Shown one piece after another: positions 38,586 through 47,701 of a stretch of 64,000 nucleotides of DNA (position 1 is the first letter of the stretch; each line of letters opens with the position of its first letter). The translations under genes and the position numbers were made by a program. The notes beneath the pieces are model-generated. The model searched no databases. It was not told the DNA's origin and was given only the letters and a program-made list of their open reading frames with translations. Source of the DNA: an uncultured Cellvibrionaceae bacterium (GTDB taxonomy: Bacteria; Pseudomonadota; Gammaproteobacteria; Pseudomonadales; Cellvibrionaceae); NCBI GenBank assembly GCA_964515945.1, contig CAZEWY010000001.1, positions 100-64,099 on the forward strand, read 5' to 3'.

Positions 38586-38655
38586 CTCTGCTTTCTGCTC
38601 TCTGCTCTCTGCTCCCTGCTTTCTGCTCACCGTTCACCAATCACCAATCACCATT
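38586..38655. repeat. Two abutting in-phase heptamer arrays: (YYCTGCT)x6 then (CACCRWT)x4
   Basis: ctctgct ttctgct ctctgct ctctgct ccctgct ttctgct caccgtt caccaat caccaat caccatt. The array ends 1 nt from the acyl-CoA dehydrogenase stop. Confidence 0.9.
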
Positions 38656-38656
38656 C

Positions 38657-40438
38657 CTAAAAACAGTCATCAGGCATGGCCATGAGGGGAGCGCTGCCGG
38701 CCTTGATTTTCGCGGTCAATGCCAGGGTTTGCGGCAGCAGGCGGGCAAAATAAAAGCGCGCGGTGCAGCGTTTGGCTTCGCGGAAATCCGCGGTCACATC
38801 GGAGGTTTCCGCAGCCGCGACCATGCGCAACCACATATAGCCATAGGCGACGTAACCCATCAGATGCAGATAATCGACAGCGGCGGCGCCCGCGGCACAG
38901 GGGTCTGTCGCGCCAGCCGCTACCAGATCTTCCGTCACCTCCCGCAGGTTCTGCAAGGCTGCGCGCAAGGGTGGAGCAAATTCCGCAACGGCTTGGATTT
39001 CCGTATTTATGGTCAGAAATTGCTCGATGTCTTCCACCATAAGGTCCAGGAGCTTTCCATCAGCCGCGAGCGTTTTGCGCCCTATCAGGTCCATGGCCTG
39101 GATGCCATTGGTGCCCTCGTAAATCTGCGTAATGCGGATATCCCGCACCCGCTGCTCCTGGCCCCACTCGCGCACATAACCGTGGCCACCCAGCACCTGC
39201 TGACCCAAAACGGCGGTATCAAAGGCCATATCCGTCAGAAAGGCCTTGGCCACGGGTGTCAGCAGGGCCACGATTTTCTCGGCTCGGGCTCGCGCTTCGG
39301 AGTCTTCGGAAAATTTGGCGATGTCGAGCCACTGGGCCACATAGATATAAAAGGCGCGACCGCCCTGGTTGAGGGCGCGCATGGTCAGCAACATGCGCCG
39401 AACGTCCGGATGCACCAGCAGGGAATCCGCCTCCTGCCCGGGAGATTCAGCCCCCTTCGGACCACGGCCCTGCAAGCGCTCACGGGCGTAGGCGGCGGCA
39501 GTCTGGTAGCTCGCCTCCGCCGCCGCTACACCCTGCAACCCCACACCCAGGCGCTCGTAGTTCATCATGGTGAACATGGCGGCCAGACCCTGATGCGGCT
39601 CACCTACCAGCCAGCCGGTAGCGCCGTCGTAGTTCATGACGCAGGTTGGCGAGCCTTTGATACCCATTTTCTTTTCGATCGAACCACAATGCACGGCATT
39701 GCGTTCACCCAGACTGCCGTCTTCATTGACCAGGAATTTCGGCACCAGAAACAGAGAAATACCACGGGATCCCGCCGGCGCATCGGGCAACTTGGCCAAC
39801 ACCAGGTGGATGATGTTTTCGGCCAGATCATGCTCGCCCCAGGTAATGAAGATCTTGGTGCCGCTCAGTTGATAGCTGCCGTCGGCGTTGGGTGTAGCCC
39901 GCGTGCGAATCAGACCCAAATCCGTGCCGCAATGGGGCTCGGTCAGATCCATTGCGCCGGCCCACTCTCCCGTGAGCATTCTCGGCAGGTAACGCTGTTT
40001 AAGCTCGTCATTCGCGTGGGAATTGATGGCGACACAGGCGCCCGCCGTCAGCATGGGGGCCAGACCAAACGACAGGCTTGCCCCCTGCAGCATTTCCTCC
40101 ACCACGGCCACCAGGGACTTGGGCATCCCCGTGCCGCCGTATTCCGGATTACCACCCAGGCCACACCAGCCGCCCTCGCACCAGGTTTGGTAGGCGTCCC
40201 TGAAGCCCGGCGGTGCCGTCACTTCGCCATTGTCAAAAGCGCAGCCAGCTTCATCCGCGGGACGATTCAACGGCGCCAGAACTTCCTGGCAGATTCTGGC
40301 CGCCTCCTCCAAAACGGCATCGGCCGTTGCCATGTCCGTCTCCTCCAAGCCACCCAGGGATTGCCATAGAGGTTCCAATGCAAATACGTCTTTGATGAGA
40401 AAACGCATATCGTCCAAAGGAGCGCGATAGTCGGCCAT
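38657..40438 (-). CDS. Long-type acyl-CoA dehydrogenase (with C-terminal extension domain)
   Basis: 593 aa with the N-terminus MADYRAPLDDMRFLIKDVF, GAMDLTEPHCGTDLG and RITQIYEGTNGIQAMDL. Confidence 0.85.
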   Translation of the reverse strand: MADYRAPLDDMRFLIKDVFALEPLWQSLGGLEETDMATADAVLEEAARICQEVLAPLNRPADEAGCAFDNGEVTAPPGFRDAYQTWCEGGWCGLGGNPEYGGTGMPKSLVAVVEEMLQGASLSFGLAPMLTAGACVAINSHANDELKQRYLPRMLTGEWAGAMDLTEPHCGTDLGLIRTRATPNADGSYQLSGTKIFITWGEHDLAENIIHLVLAKLPDAPAGSRGISLFLVPKFLVNEDGSLGERNAVHCGSIEKKMGIKGSPTCVMNYDGATGWLVGEPHQGLAAMFTMMNYERLGVGLQGVAAAEASYQTAAAYARERLQGRGPKGAESPGQEADSLLVHPDVRRMLLTMRALNQGGRAFYIYVAQWLDIAKFSEDSEARARAEKIVALLTPVAKAFLTDMAFDTAVLGQQVLGGHGYVREWGQEQRVRDIRITQIYEGTNGIQAMDLIGRKTLAADGKLLDLMVEDIEQFLTINTEIQAVAEFAPPLRAALQNLREVTEDLVAAGATDPCAAGAAAVDYLHLMGYVAYGYMWLRMVAAAETSDVTADFREAKRCTARFYFARLLPQTLALTAKIKAGSAPLMAMPDDCF

Positions 40439-40471
40439 GGTGTGTCCTCATTGCGGTTGCTTTCGATGATT

Positions 40472-40485
40472 AAAACACTTGTTTT
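40472..40485. promoter_or_regulatory. Palindrome AAAACA-CT-TGTTTT upstream of the acyl-CoA dehydrogenase gene (PsrA/FadR-like operator?)
   Basis: It fits the loose AAAC-N4-GTTT pattern of fatty-acid-responsive TetR operators. Speculative. Confidence 0.2.
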
Positions 40486-40610
40486 ATTTAATGAGAAGGG
40501 GCAAGACTCCCGCGCTAGACGTTGAAGCTCGGCAAGCCCTACAATAAGTTACTGATTTGTGTATATAGTAGATAGCCATCCAAAACGGAAACCTCGAAAT
40601 AGGAGTTACC

Positions 40611-41426
40611 ATGTCGAAAGCCGAAAAGCTGTTTGTTGTTGTAGACCCTTCGGACACGGTTCAAATTGCACTGGAACGGGCACTGATCATGGGTAAAAAG
40701 CATGAAGTGCCGCCCGAACTGTTTCTGTTCGTCGGCGTGGACGGCGAAGCCACCGACCTGCGCGCCGTAAATGACAACCTGTTTCGCAAGCAGGAATGGT
40801 TTATGGATAGCATCCGCAAACCCGTCGAAGACGCGGGCATAAGTTATGACCTTGAAGTCTCTTGGTCCCAGGAATGGCAAAAATCCATCCTGCAATCCGC
40901 CAAGCGCTGGAATGCGGAGCGCATCTATCTGCCGGTCCACGAGCGCACCAACAACTCACGCTTTACCTTCAGTGAAGCCAAGTGGGGCATATTGAAATCC
41001 GCCGATTGCCCGGTGGTGCTGATCCAGCCCGGCGCCAAGCCGGAGCGCAAGACCATTGTCGCCGCCGTCAACTTCCAGGCCCGCCTGGCGGAGCAGCAGA
41101 AGCTCAATGAAAGCATTCTCTACTGGGGCCACTTTGTGGCAGAAAAGTACGGCGCGGACTTCCATGTGGTCAACGCCTACCTGGATTCCATGCATTATCC
41201 CGATCGCGGCAAACTGGCCCGTGAAGCCAAGGTCAGCAGCGACAATACCCATGTGGAACAGGGCTACACCAGCGACGTGGTGGGCGAAGTCGCCAAGCGG
41301 CTGGATGCGGATCTGGTTGTCATGGGCACTCTGGGACAGACCGGCCAAGCCAACACGCGGCGAGGCAACACTGCCGAGCGGGTGATAGCCGCTTTGACTC
41401 AGGATGTGATGGTGATTAACCACTGA
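40611..41426 (+). CDS. Tandem-domain universal stress protein (UspE-like)
   Basis: 271 aa with two Usp halves. The second half carries GTLGQTGQANTRRGNTAERVIA (G-2x-G-9x-G(S/T)-like). Confidence 0.8.
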   Translation: MSKAEKLFVVVDPSDTVQIALERALIMGKKHEVPPELFLFVGVDGEATDLRAVNDNLFRKQEWFMDSIRKPVEDAGISYDLEVSWSQEWQKSILQSAKRWNAERIYLPVHERTNNSRFTFSEAKWGILKSADCPVVLIQPGAKPERKTIVAAVNFQARLAEQQKLNESILYWGHFVAEKYGADFHVVNAYLDSMHYPDRGKLAREAKVSSDNTHVEQGYTSDVVGEVAKRLDADLVVMGTLGQTGQANTRRGNTAERVIAALTQDVMVINH

Positions 41427-41445
41427 TTTGAGGGAATTATCTTCT

Positions 41446-41478
41446 CAAAAAGCCCGGACATAACTGTCCGGGCTTTTA
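41446..41478 (+). terminator. Intrinsic terminator after the usp gene
   Basis: aaaaagcccggaca-taac-tgtccgggctttta. Confidence 0.75.
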
Positions 41479-41554
41479 TAGAAAATCGCACTTCTATAAA
41501 CCATGACCAGAGATCTAAGCATCTGGTATCGGGGAGACATGAATCCGGCATTCA

Positions 41555-41697
41555 CTGTTGTGACACGCCGTGGGAAATCAGCAGGACAGCTGATTTACAC
41601 AGCGTAGCTGCCCGAAGGGCGAGCCACAGGGATGTGGCGAGTGAATACGTCCCTGTAGGCTCTGCACCAGCATCCATGCTGGTGACGGTCACAACAG
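41555..41697. repeat. REP/MITE-like multi-hairpin element R1 closed by 10-bp inverted repeats
   Basis: The termini are ctgttgtgac / gtcacaacag. Internal hairpins are aaatcagc/gctgattt, gagccacagggatgt/acgtccctgtaggctc and caccagcat/atgctggtg. Confidence 0.6.
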
Positions 41698-41783
41698 CAA
41701 ACACCGAATTCATGTCTTTGAAGTTTATGCAGTGAACTAACGCATGCACACATTGAAGGCCTGAACAAACTTAGGGCCGATTT

Positions 41784-41877
41784 GGGGTGGGAGCTTTCCA
41801 GGACCGTCGCCCGCAGGGATGCGGGCGCAGAGCCCCCAGGGATGGGTCCACGGCGTGTCCTGGAAAGCCCCCACCCC
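41784..41877. repeat. REP-like element R2: 21-bp inverted repeat arms around a core homologous (inverted) to the R1 core
   Basis: The arms are ggggtgggagctttccaggac / gtcctggaaagcccccacccc. The core gcagggatgcgggcgcagagcccccagggatgggtccac aligns with the reverse complement of R1 at 41621-41684. Confidence 0.6.
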
Positions 41878-41911
41878 GAAACGGACCGGCGAACGAAGCC
41901 GCTTCTAGGGA

Positions 41912-42601
41912 CTAAGGAGAGATCGAAAGCTTCGCCAAATCCAGATAGCCGGCCACCGCTTCTGGAGTTGGCTGTGGCAGGAAAGGCACTTCACCGAGGC
42001 AGGGTGCCGCCAGGGCGCCGCGCAGGGTTTCCAGATTGCCTGCCAGCGCCGGCATATCCGCTTCCACCTGACTGGCTACCCAACCGGCAATTTTGACGCC
42101 GTCGCGCATTATGGCTTCCTGGGTCAGGAACGCGTGATTGAGGCAGCCAAGCCGCACCCCCACCACCAGAATCACCGGAATATCCAGCGCCTGGGGCAGT
42201 CCCGCCAGCGTCTCCCGCTCATTGAGCGGCATGCGCCAGCCGCCCGCCCCCTCGATCAGACGGAGATCCGCCTTGTTCATCAATGTGCCGCGACAGAATC
42301 CGACCAGCCTGTCCAGACTGAGCCGACGGCCGAGGTCTGCCGCGGCCAGATGAGGCGCAATGGGTTCGGCCAGGGCGACCGGATTGACCTGCTCATAGTC
42401 CAGTTCCACCGTCATGGCCGCCTGCAACGCCAGTGCATCCTCATTGCGCAGCCCTTCCGGCGTTGCCTCGCAGCCTGCCGCCAGCGGCTTCATGGCCAGC
42501 GTGGTCAGTTGCTGTTGACGGGCCGCGTGCAGCAGCCCTGCCGTGACCAGGGTTTTGCCGACGCCGGTATCGGTGCCGGTTACAAAAAAGGTTCGGGACA
42601 T
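41912..42601 (-). CDS. bioD: Dethiobiotin synthase
   Basis: FFVTGTDTGVGKT P-loop, 229 aa, last gene of the bio operon. Confidence 0.9.
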   Translation of the reverse strand: MSRTFFVTGTDTGVGKTLVTAGLLHAARQQQLTTLAMKPLAAGCEATPEGLRNEDALALQAAMTVELDYEQVNPVALAEPIAPHLAAADLGRRLSLDRLVGFCRGTLMNKADLRLIEGAGGWRMPLNERETLAGLPQALDIPVILVVGVRLGCLNHAFLTQEAIMRDGVKIAGWVASQVEADMPALAGNLETLRGALAAPCLGEVPFLPQPTPEAVAGYLDLAKLSISP

Positions 42602-42624
42602 GATTTTGCTTACTCGTGTTCTGG

Positions 42625-44232
42625 TTAGCGCGGCTTGCGGGCCAGCAGGTAGTAAACCTGATAGGTCGCGGGCAATTTGCCGTCGGCACCGCGAAATTCC
42701 TCATAGGCCTGGGACAACTGGCGCAGGTAACCCGGCGCTGTCAGGCCATGGTTCTGGCTGCTGTTAACGTTGTGCGCTCCCAAAGCTTTCAATTCCCGCA
42801 ACAACTGATTGAGTTGCTCGTAGCGCGGCACTACTGGCTCCTCTGCGAATAACTCGACCTGCAAGCCGGCCTCAATCAGAGTCCGTTCCAGCTCCGCTGC
42901 GGAGGTAAAGTTATTGACATGGGTGTAGGCATCAACCGCTTCCCAGGCGCTGCGCAATTCGTGCAGGGTTTCCGGCCCCAGAGTGGATAGCAGCAGCCAG
43001 CCATCCGGCTTCAGGCAGTCGGAGACGGCGCTGAATAGTCGCGGTAAATCTTCGCTCCATTGCACCGTCAGACTGGAAACAACGCCGGAAAAACAATTGT
43101 CGCGAAACGGCAGCTGTTCGGCGTCGGCACAGACCCAATGGAGGTCGTGGTGTGGCATCAGTTTCTGTCGCGCCTTGTTGAGCATGCCCGGCGCTATATC
43201 CAGACCGGTGACCTCGGCACCCTTTCCTCGGAAATAGTCGCTGCAGAAACCTGTCCCGCAACCGATGTCGAGCAGCGCTTCGCCCCGGTTGATGAGTGGC
43301 GCCTGCTTCAGCAGACGTGCACCCACTTGAGTTTGCACATGGGCGACGCTGTCATAGGTGTCGGCGGCGCGGCTGAAGGAGCGCGCCATGCGCTGTTTGT
43401 CGATGGTTGAAGTGGGCGGCGGCGTTTCCAGGAAACGGCGCATGTGCCGCGCCACTTCCTCTGTGTGGCTAAGATGGGGGGCGTGACCGGATCCGGCAAT
43501 GGTGACGATACGACCGGATGAAACCTGCCCCAGGGCTTGCGCGGCGGGCGCCGGTACCAGCGCATCCTCCTCGCCAAACAGATGCAGCAAAGGCGCCGTC
43601 ACCTCACCCAGTTCCTGACGATGATCCATCTGGGCCAGCCAATCGAGAGCAGCCTGCCATTGGGCAAGCTGGCCAGGCGCCGGCGCCGCGCACTGCTCGC
43701 GCAGATCCCGAAGCAGCGTCTTGCGCTGGCTGTCGCCTTGGGCCTGCAAGCCACAGAAGCGCTTGAGGGTGGCGGTGGGATCCGAATCGAAGGCCTGGGC
43801 AAAATCCCTGAAAGTTGCGGGTGGCATGGCGTGGGGCCAGGCAGGGTCGGCGACAAAGCGGAGGTTGGTGGCCAGGGTAATGACACCGGCAATCCTGTGC
43901 GGCTGCCGCGCCGCCAGACGCAGTGCCAGATGGCCGCCCAGGGACCAGCCGATGAGAATACACCGGTCGGGCAAGAGTTCCGCCATGAGAGCCAGCGCGT
44001 CCTCAAGTTCCGGCAGTTGCCAATCCGCATTGGCGCCGAAGCCCGGCAGGTCCAGGTTATAGATATCCTGCCGCCGGACAAGATCGGGCAAGAGAGCTTG
44101 CCAGCATTGCCGACTGTGGCCCCAGCCATGCAGCAGCATCAGCGGCGGTCTGCCACAAGGTTCGGTTGCCGGCAGAAATTCCATGGCCATCTCTTTACAC
44201 GAAGATTGTGCAGACGCGGTTTGTCCCCCCAT
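42625..44232 (-). CDS. Fused BioH-like pimeloyl-ACP methyl ester esterase (N-terminal) and BioC malonyl-ACP O-methyltransferase (C-terminal)
   Basis: A single 535-aa ORF. The N-terminal half has LMLLHGWG, nucleophile GWSLGG and GHAPHL. The C-terminal half has KQRMARSFSRAADTYDSVAHVQ and the SAM motif LLDIGCGTG. The start overlaps the bioF stop (TGATG). Confidence 0.8.
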   Translation of the reverse strand: MGGQTASAQSSCKEMAMEFLPATEPCGRPPLMLLHGWGHSRQCWQALLPDLVRRQDIYNLDLPGFGANADWQLPELEDALALMAELLPDRCILIGWSLGGHLALRLAARQPHRIAGVITLATNLRFVADPAWPHAMPPATFRDFAQAFDSDPTATLKRFCGLQAQGDSQRKTLLRDLREQCAAPAPGQLAQWQAALDWLAQMDHRQELGEVTAPLLHLFGEEDALVPAPAAQALGQVSSGRIVTIAGSGHAPHLSHTEEVARHMRRFLETPPPTSTIDKQRMARSFSRAADTYDSVAHVQTQVGARLLKQAPLINRGEALLDIGCGTGFCSDYFRGKGAEVTGLDIAPGMLNKARQKLMPHHDLHWVCADAEQLPFRDNCFSGVVSSLTVQWSEDLPRLFSAVSDCLKPDGWLLLSTLGPETLHELRSAWEAVDAYTHVNNFTSAAELERTLIEAGLQVELFAEEPVVPRYEQLNQLLRELKALGAHNVNSSQNHGLTAPGYLRQLSQAYEEFRGADGKLPATYQVYYLLARKPR

Positions 44233-45500
44233 CAGGCATCACCGCCATTGGTAGTGAATTTATCCGCCGCCAGAGTCGCCGGTTCGCCAGCAACCTCGGC
44301 CAGGGCATTCAACAGCTCGGCCACCTGCTCCGCGCCGTGCTCGGCACTCAGGGTAACGCGCAAACGCGCAGTGCCGGCGGGCACCGTGGGCGGGCGTATG
44401 GCCGACACCCAGAAGCCCCGGTCTTCAAGCGCCTGGGAAACGGCCAAAGCTTTGGCCTGGCTACCGAGAATAATGGGTTGAATGGGGGAGATGGAATCCA
44501 TCAGTCTCAGGCCCATCTGCGCCGCACCCCGGCGAAATTGTTCTATCAGCCCCTGTAAATGCGCCCGCCGCCAGCCTTCCTCCTGCAGGAGTTTCAGGCT
44601 GGCGCGAGTGGCGGCGGCCACCGCCGGCGGCAGGGCCGTGGTGTAGATATAGCTGCGGGAAAACTGGATCAGGGTTTCAATGAGGGTTTCACTGCCGGCC
44701 ACGAAAGCGCCGAACGTGCCGAAGGCCTTGCCAAGCGTGCCCACCAATATCGGAAGCTGGTCCTGAGTCAGCGCGAAGTGCTCAGCGCAGCCGCCGCCGT
44801 TAGTACCCAGACAGCCGAAGCCGTGAGCGTCGTCCACCATCAACCAGGCTTTGTGGGTATCGGCCAATTGCGCCAGTGCCGGCAGCGGCGCGGTGTCACC
44901 ATCCATGCTGAAGACACCATCCACCACGATCAGCTTACGCTCTGCCTGCGAGTTTTCCAGGCGCGCCCGCAGGTGCTCCAGGTCGTTGTGTTGAAAACGC
45001 TGAAACCGGGCGCCACTCAGCAGCCCGGCGTCCAGCAGCGATGCATGATTGAGCTTGTCCTCGAAGATGGCGTCACGGCGGCCGATCAGAGCATTGACCG
45101 CACCCAGGTTGGCCATATAGCCAGTGGAAAACAGCAGCGCCCTCTCCCGCCCCGTGAAAGCCGCCAGTTCCTCTTCCAGGGCGTGGTGTTCGCTGGAGTG
45201 CCCGCTGACCAGATGCGAGGCTCCGCTGCCGACACCGTAGTGATCCACAGCGTGCCGGAACGCCTCTTTGACCTTCGGGTGATTCGCCAGCCCCAGATAG
45301 TCATTGCTGCAAAAACACAGCAGTGACTTGCCATCCACATGCAAATGCGTCTGCTGGGGGGACGCAACCATGCGGCGCCGGCGGTAGAGATCCGCAGCGC
45401 GTCTTTCATTCAGGGCTGTTTGCAGGGCTGTGTCTATATTCAAGACCGGGTCTCGCCGAGGGTGCGAAGTTGCTGGGAGGGACACCCGTGAAGGTGGCAT
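44232..45500 (-). CDS. bioF: 8-amino-7-oxononanoate synthase
   Basis: [13 protein letters not shown] and the PLP-lysine region [12 protein letters not shown]. The N-terminal start is uncertain (45500 or an internal TTG). Confidence 0.9.
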   Translation of the reverse strand: MPPSRVSLPATSHPRRDPVLNIDTALQTALNERRAADLYRRRRMVASPQQTHLHVDGKSLLCFCSNDYLGLANHPKVKEAFRHAVDHYGVGSGASHLVSGHSSEHHALEEELAAFTGRERALLFSTGYMANLGAVNALIGRRDAIFEDKLNHASLLDAGLLSGARFQRFQHNDLEHLRARLENSQAERKLIVVDGVFSMDGDTAPLPALAQLADTHKAWLMVDDAHGFGCLGTNGGGCAEHFALTQDQLPILVGTLGKAFGTFGAFVAGSETLIETLIQFSRSYIYTTALPPAVAAATRASLKLLQEEGWRRAHLQGLIEQFRRGAAQMGLRLMDSISPIQPIILGSQAKALAVSQALEDRGFWVSAIRPPTVPAGTARLRVTLSAEHGAEQVAELLNALAEVAGEPATLAADKFTTNGGDA

Positions 45501-45540
45501 CCCGCTGGCCAGGGCCTGCTGTTAACAGGCCCCGCAAAAA

Positions 45541-46632
45541 TCAGGGCGCGGCGTTATAGAAGACGGCGTCCATCTGCTGCTCGACCAGTTTTTCGTTCAC
45601 CTTGTTCACCAGTGCCTCTGCCTGCTCTTCCTCCGTGTGCGCCTGCTCGTAGCGCTCGGGCTGAATGCCGAGACGCTTGAACAGTTGCATGTCCTTGTTG
45701 GTTTCCGGGTTGGCGGTAGTCAGCAGTTTTTCACCGTAGAAAATGGAATTGGCGCCGGCCAGAAACGTCATGGCCTGCATCTGGTCATTCATCTGCTCGC
45801 GGCCGGCGGACAGGCGCACGTGAGAGGCCGGCATCAGGATGCGGGCCACGGCAATGGTGCGGATAAAATCGAAGGGGTCCAGATCGGCCTGATCCGCCAG
45901 AGGCGTGCCCTCCACTTTCACCAGCATATTGATGGGCACGGATTCGGGGTGCTCGGGCATATTGGCGAGCTGCATCAGCAGGCCGGCGCGGTCGCTCTCC
46001 TCTTCACCCATGCCAACAATGCCGCCGCAGCAGACCTTCATGCCGGCGCCGCGCACATTGGCCAGCGTGTTGAGGCGATCCTGGTAGGTGCGGGTGGTGA
46101 TGATGTCACCGTAGAATTCCGGTGAGGTGTCCAGATTGTGGTTGTAGTAGTCCAGACCGGCCTCGGCCAGGTCCGTCGCCTGCTGCTCGTTGAGCATACC
46201 CAGCGTCATGCAGGTTTCCAGGCCGAGAGATTTCACGCCCTTCACCATCTCGGTGACATAGGCCATGTCCTTGGCCTTGGGCGAGCGCCAGGCGGCGCCC
46301 ATGCAGAAACGGGTGGCGCCGCCGGCCTTGGCGGCTTTGGCTTCCTCGATGACCTTCTCCACCGCCATCAGCTTTTCCCGCTCCAGGCCCGTATCGTAGC
46401 GGGCGCTTTGCGGGCAGTAGGCGCAGTCTTCGGGGCAGGCGCCGGTTTTGATGGAGCAGAGAGTGCTGACCTGCACGGTGTTGGGGTCGAAAAACTGGCG
46501 GTGAACCGTCTGCGCACGGAACATCAGGTCACTGAAAGGCAGTGCGAAAAGCTGGCTGATTTCATCCCGGGACCAATCGTGGCGTATCTGTGGCTGATTC
46601 GGCAGCTCGCCAACTGAAACCTTGTTGTTCAT
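45541..46632 (-). CDS. bioB: Biotin synthase
   Basis: Radical-SAM [11 protein letters not shown], then [12 protein letters not shown] and YNHNLDTS. I chose ATG 46632, with GGAG upstream. Confidence 0.95.
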   Translation of the reverse strand: MNNKVSVGELPNQPQIRHDWSRDEISQLFALPFSDLMFRAQTVHRQFFDPNTVQVSTLCSIKTGACPEDCAYCPQSARYDTGLEREKLMAVEKVIEEAKAAKAGGATRFCMGAAWRSPKAKDMAYVTEMVKGVKSLGLETCMTLGMLNEQQATDLAEAGLDYYNHNLDTSPEFYGDIITTRTYQDRLNTLANVRGAGMKVCCGGIVGMGEEESDRAGLLMQLANMPEHPESVPINMLVKVEGTPLADQADLDPFDFIRTIAVARILMPASHVRLSAGREQMNDQMQAMTFLAGANSIFYGEKLLTTANPETNKDMQLFKRLGIQPERYEQAHTEEEQAEALVNKVNEKLVEQQMDAVFYNAAP

Positions 46633-46720
46633 AGAATCTCCGTCATCCAATACCCTGGGACCACCTGGACTTGTTCGGAGGTTCCCTTTGAGGGCACAAT
46701 CATAGGGTAAGGCGAGAAAC

Positions 46721-46751
46721 TGTCAACCAAAAAAGGACTTTAAGGTTTACT
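46721..46751. promoter_or_regulatory. bioO-like BirA operator
   Basis: TGTCAACC-N15-GGTTTACT resembles the E. coli bioO half sites TGTAAACC/GGTTTACA. It lies upstream of bioB. Confidence 0.5.
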
Positions 46752-46752
46752 G

Positions 46753-47487
46753 ATGCACAAAATGGACTTTTCAGCCGGTCTCCGGCTCGTCACCGAATCT
46801 CTCAGCACACCTCTCCACAAGCTGCTGCCCAATCACTGCTACCTCTGCGGCGATATCAGCCGGGAATTCCTCTGCCCCGGCTGCCGCGCCGATCTGCCCA
46901 CACACGACGAGGCCTGCCGTTGCTGCGCATTGCCGGTGGCGGATAATGGGGACCTGCTGCTATGCGGCGACTGCCTCAAATACCCCAAACCCTTCGACCG
47001 CACCCTGGCTGCGTTCACCTATGGCCATCCGCTCGACTTCCTGATCAACCGCTTCAAACACCATCGCCATTTCACCTGCGGCAACTACCTGAGCAAGCAT
47101 TTAGTGTCCGCAGTACAAGCGGCCTACGCCGGACAAAAGCTGCCGGACCTACTGCTGCCCATGCCCCTGCACTGGACCCGCCATTTCAAGCGCGGTTTCA
47201 ACCAGAGCCATGTCATCGCCAGCCAGCTTCACAAAAAGCTGGCAATTCCCCTGGCTCACCACTGCCGCCGCCTGAAACGCAACCCCCGCCAGCAGGGCCT
47301 GAAGCGCAAGGAGCGACTGCGCAACCTGACCGACGCCTTCGCCGTGGACGGCAGACTGGACGGGTATCACGTGGCACTGGTCGACGATGTCATGACTACC
47401 GGCGCCACAGTGACCGAAGTCAGCCACTGCCTGCGACAGGCCGGCGCGGCAAGGGTGGATGTGTGGGTATTGGCGAGGGTCCCGTAG
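46753..47487 (+). CDS. comF: ComF-family protein (amidophosphoribosyltransferase-like)
   Basis: N-terminal Cys pairs CYLCG...CPGC...CCALP...CGDC and the PRT motif VALVDDVMTTGATV. Confidence 0.8.
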   Translation: MHKMDFSAGLRLVTESLSTPLHKLLPNHCYLCGDISREFLCPGCRADLPTHDEACRCCALPVADNGDLLLCGDCLKYPKPFDRTLAAFTYGHPLDFLINRFKHHRHFTCGNYLSKHLVSAVQAAYAGQKLPDLLLPMPLHWTRHFKRGFNQSHVIASQLHKKLAIPLAHHCRRLKRNPRQQGLKRKERLRNLTDAFAVDGRLDGYHVALVDDVMTTGATVTEVSHCLRQAGAARVDVWVLARVP

Positions 47488-47499
47488 GAAAAAAACATA

Positions 47500-47653
47500 G
47501 GGAAAAGGGAAAAGGGAAAAGATTCGTGCCGCTGCTAGTGTAGTGCATAAATATATATCGGGGACTGTCACTGGTCGCGTTGCCGGACTGTTCAGGGCCT
47601 CATATTCTTTTCCTTTTCCCTTTTCCCTTTTCCCTTTTCCCTTTTCCCTTCCC
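47500..47653. repeat. Composite intergenic element copy E3: (GGGAAAA)3, an 86-bp core, then (TTTTCCC)~6.5
   Basis: Read directly. The core starts GATTCGTGCCGCTGCTAGTGTAGTGCATAAATATATATCGGGGACTGTCACTGG... Confidence 0.9.
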
Positions 47654-47701
47654 TAAGCCTGTTACAATCACCGCACTTATTTCCCGACGCCCGGAGCGAC
47701 T

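Noticed and set aside
38468-40369. 633-aa plus-strand ORF opposite the acyl-CoA dehydrogenase gene
   Set aside because: It is a shadow ORF with an extreme Gly/Arg/His/Gln composition. The minus-strand product has unmistakable acyl-CoA dehydrogenase motifs.
41782-42096. 104-aa plus-strand ORF spanning REP element R2 and the 3' end of bioD
   Set aside because: It begins inside a palindromic repeat and runs antisense into bioD, giving a Pro/Arg/Gly-rich translation.
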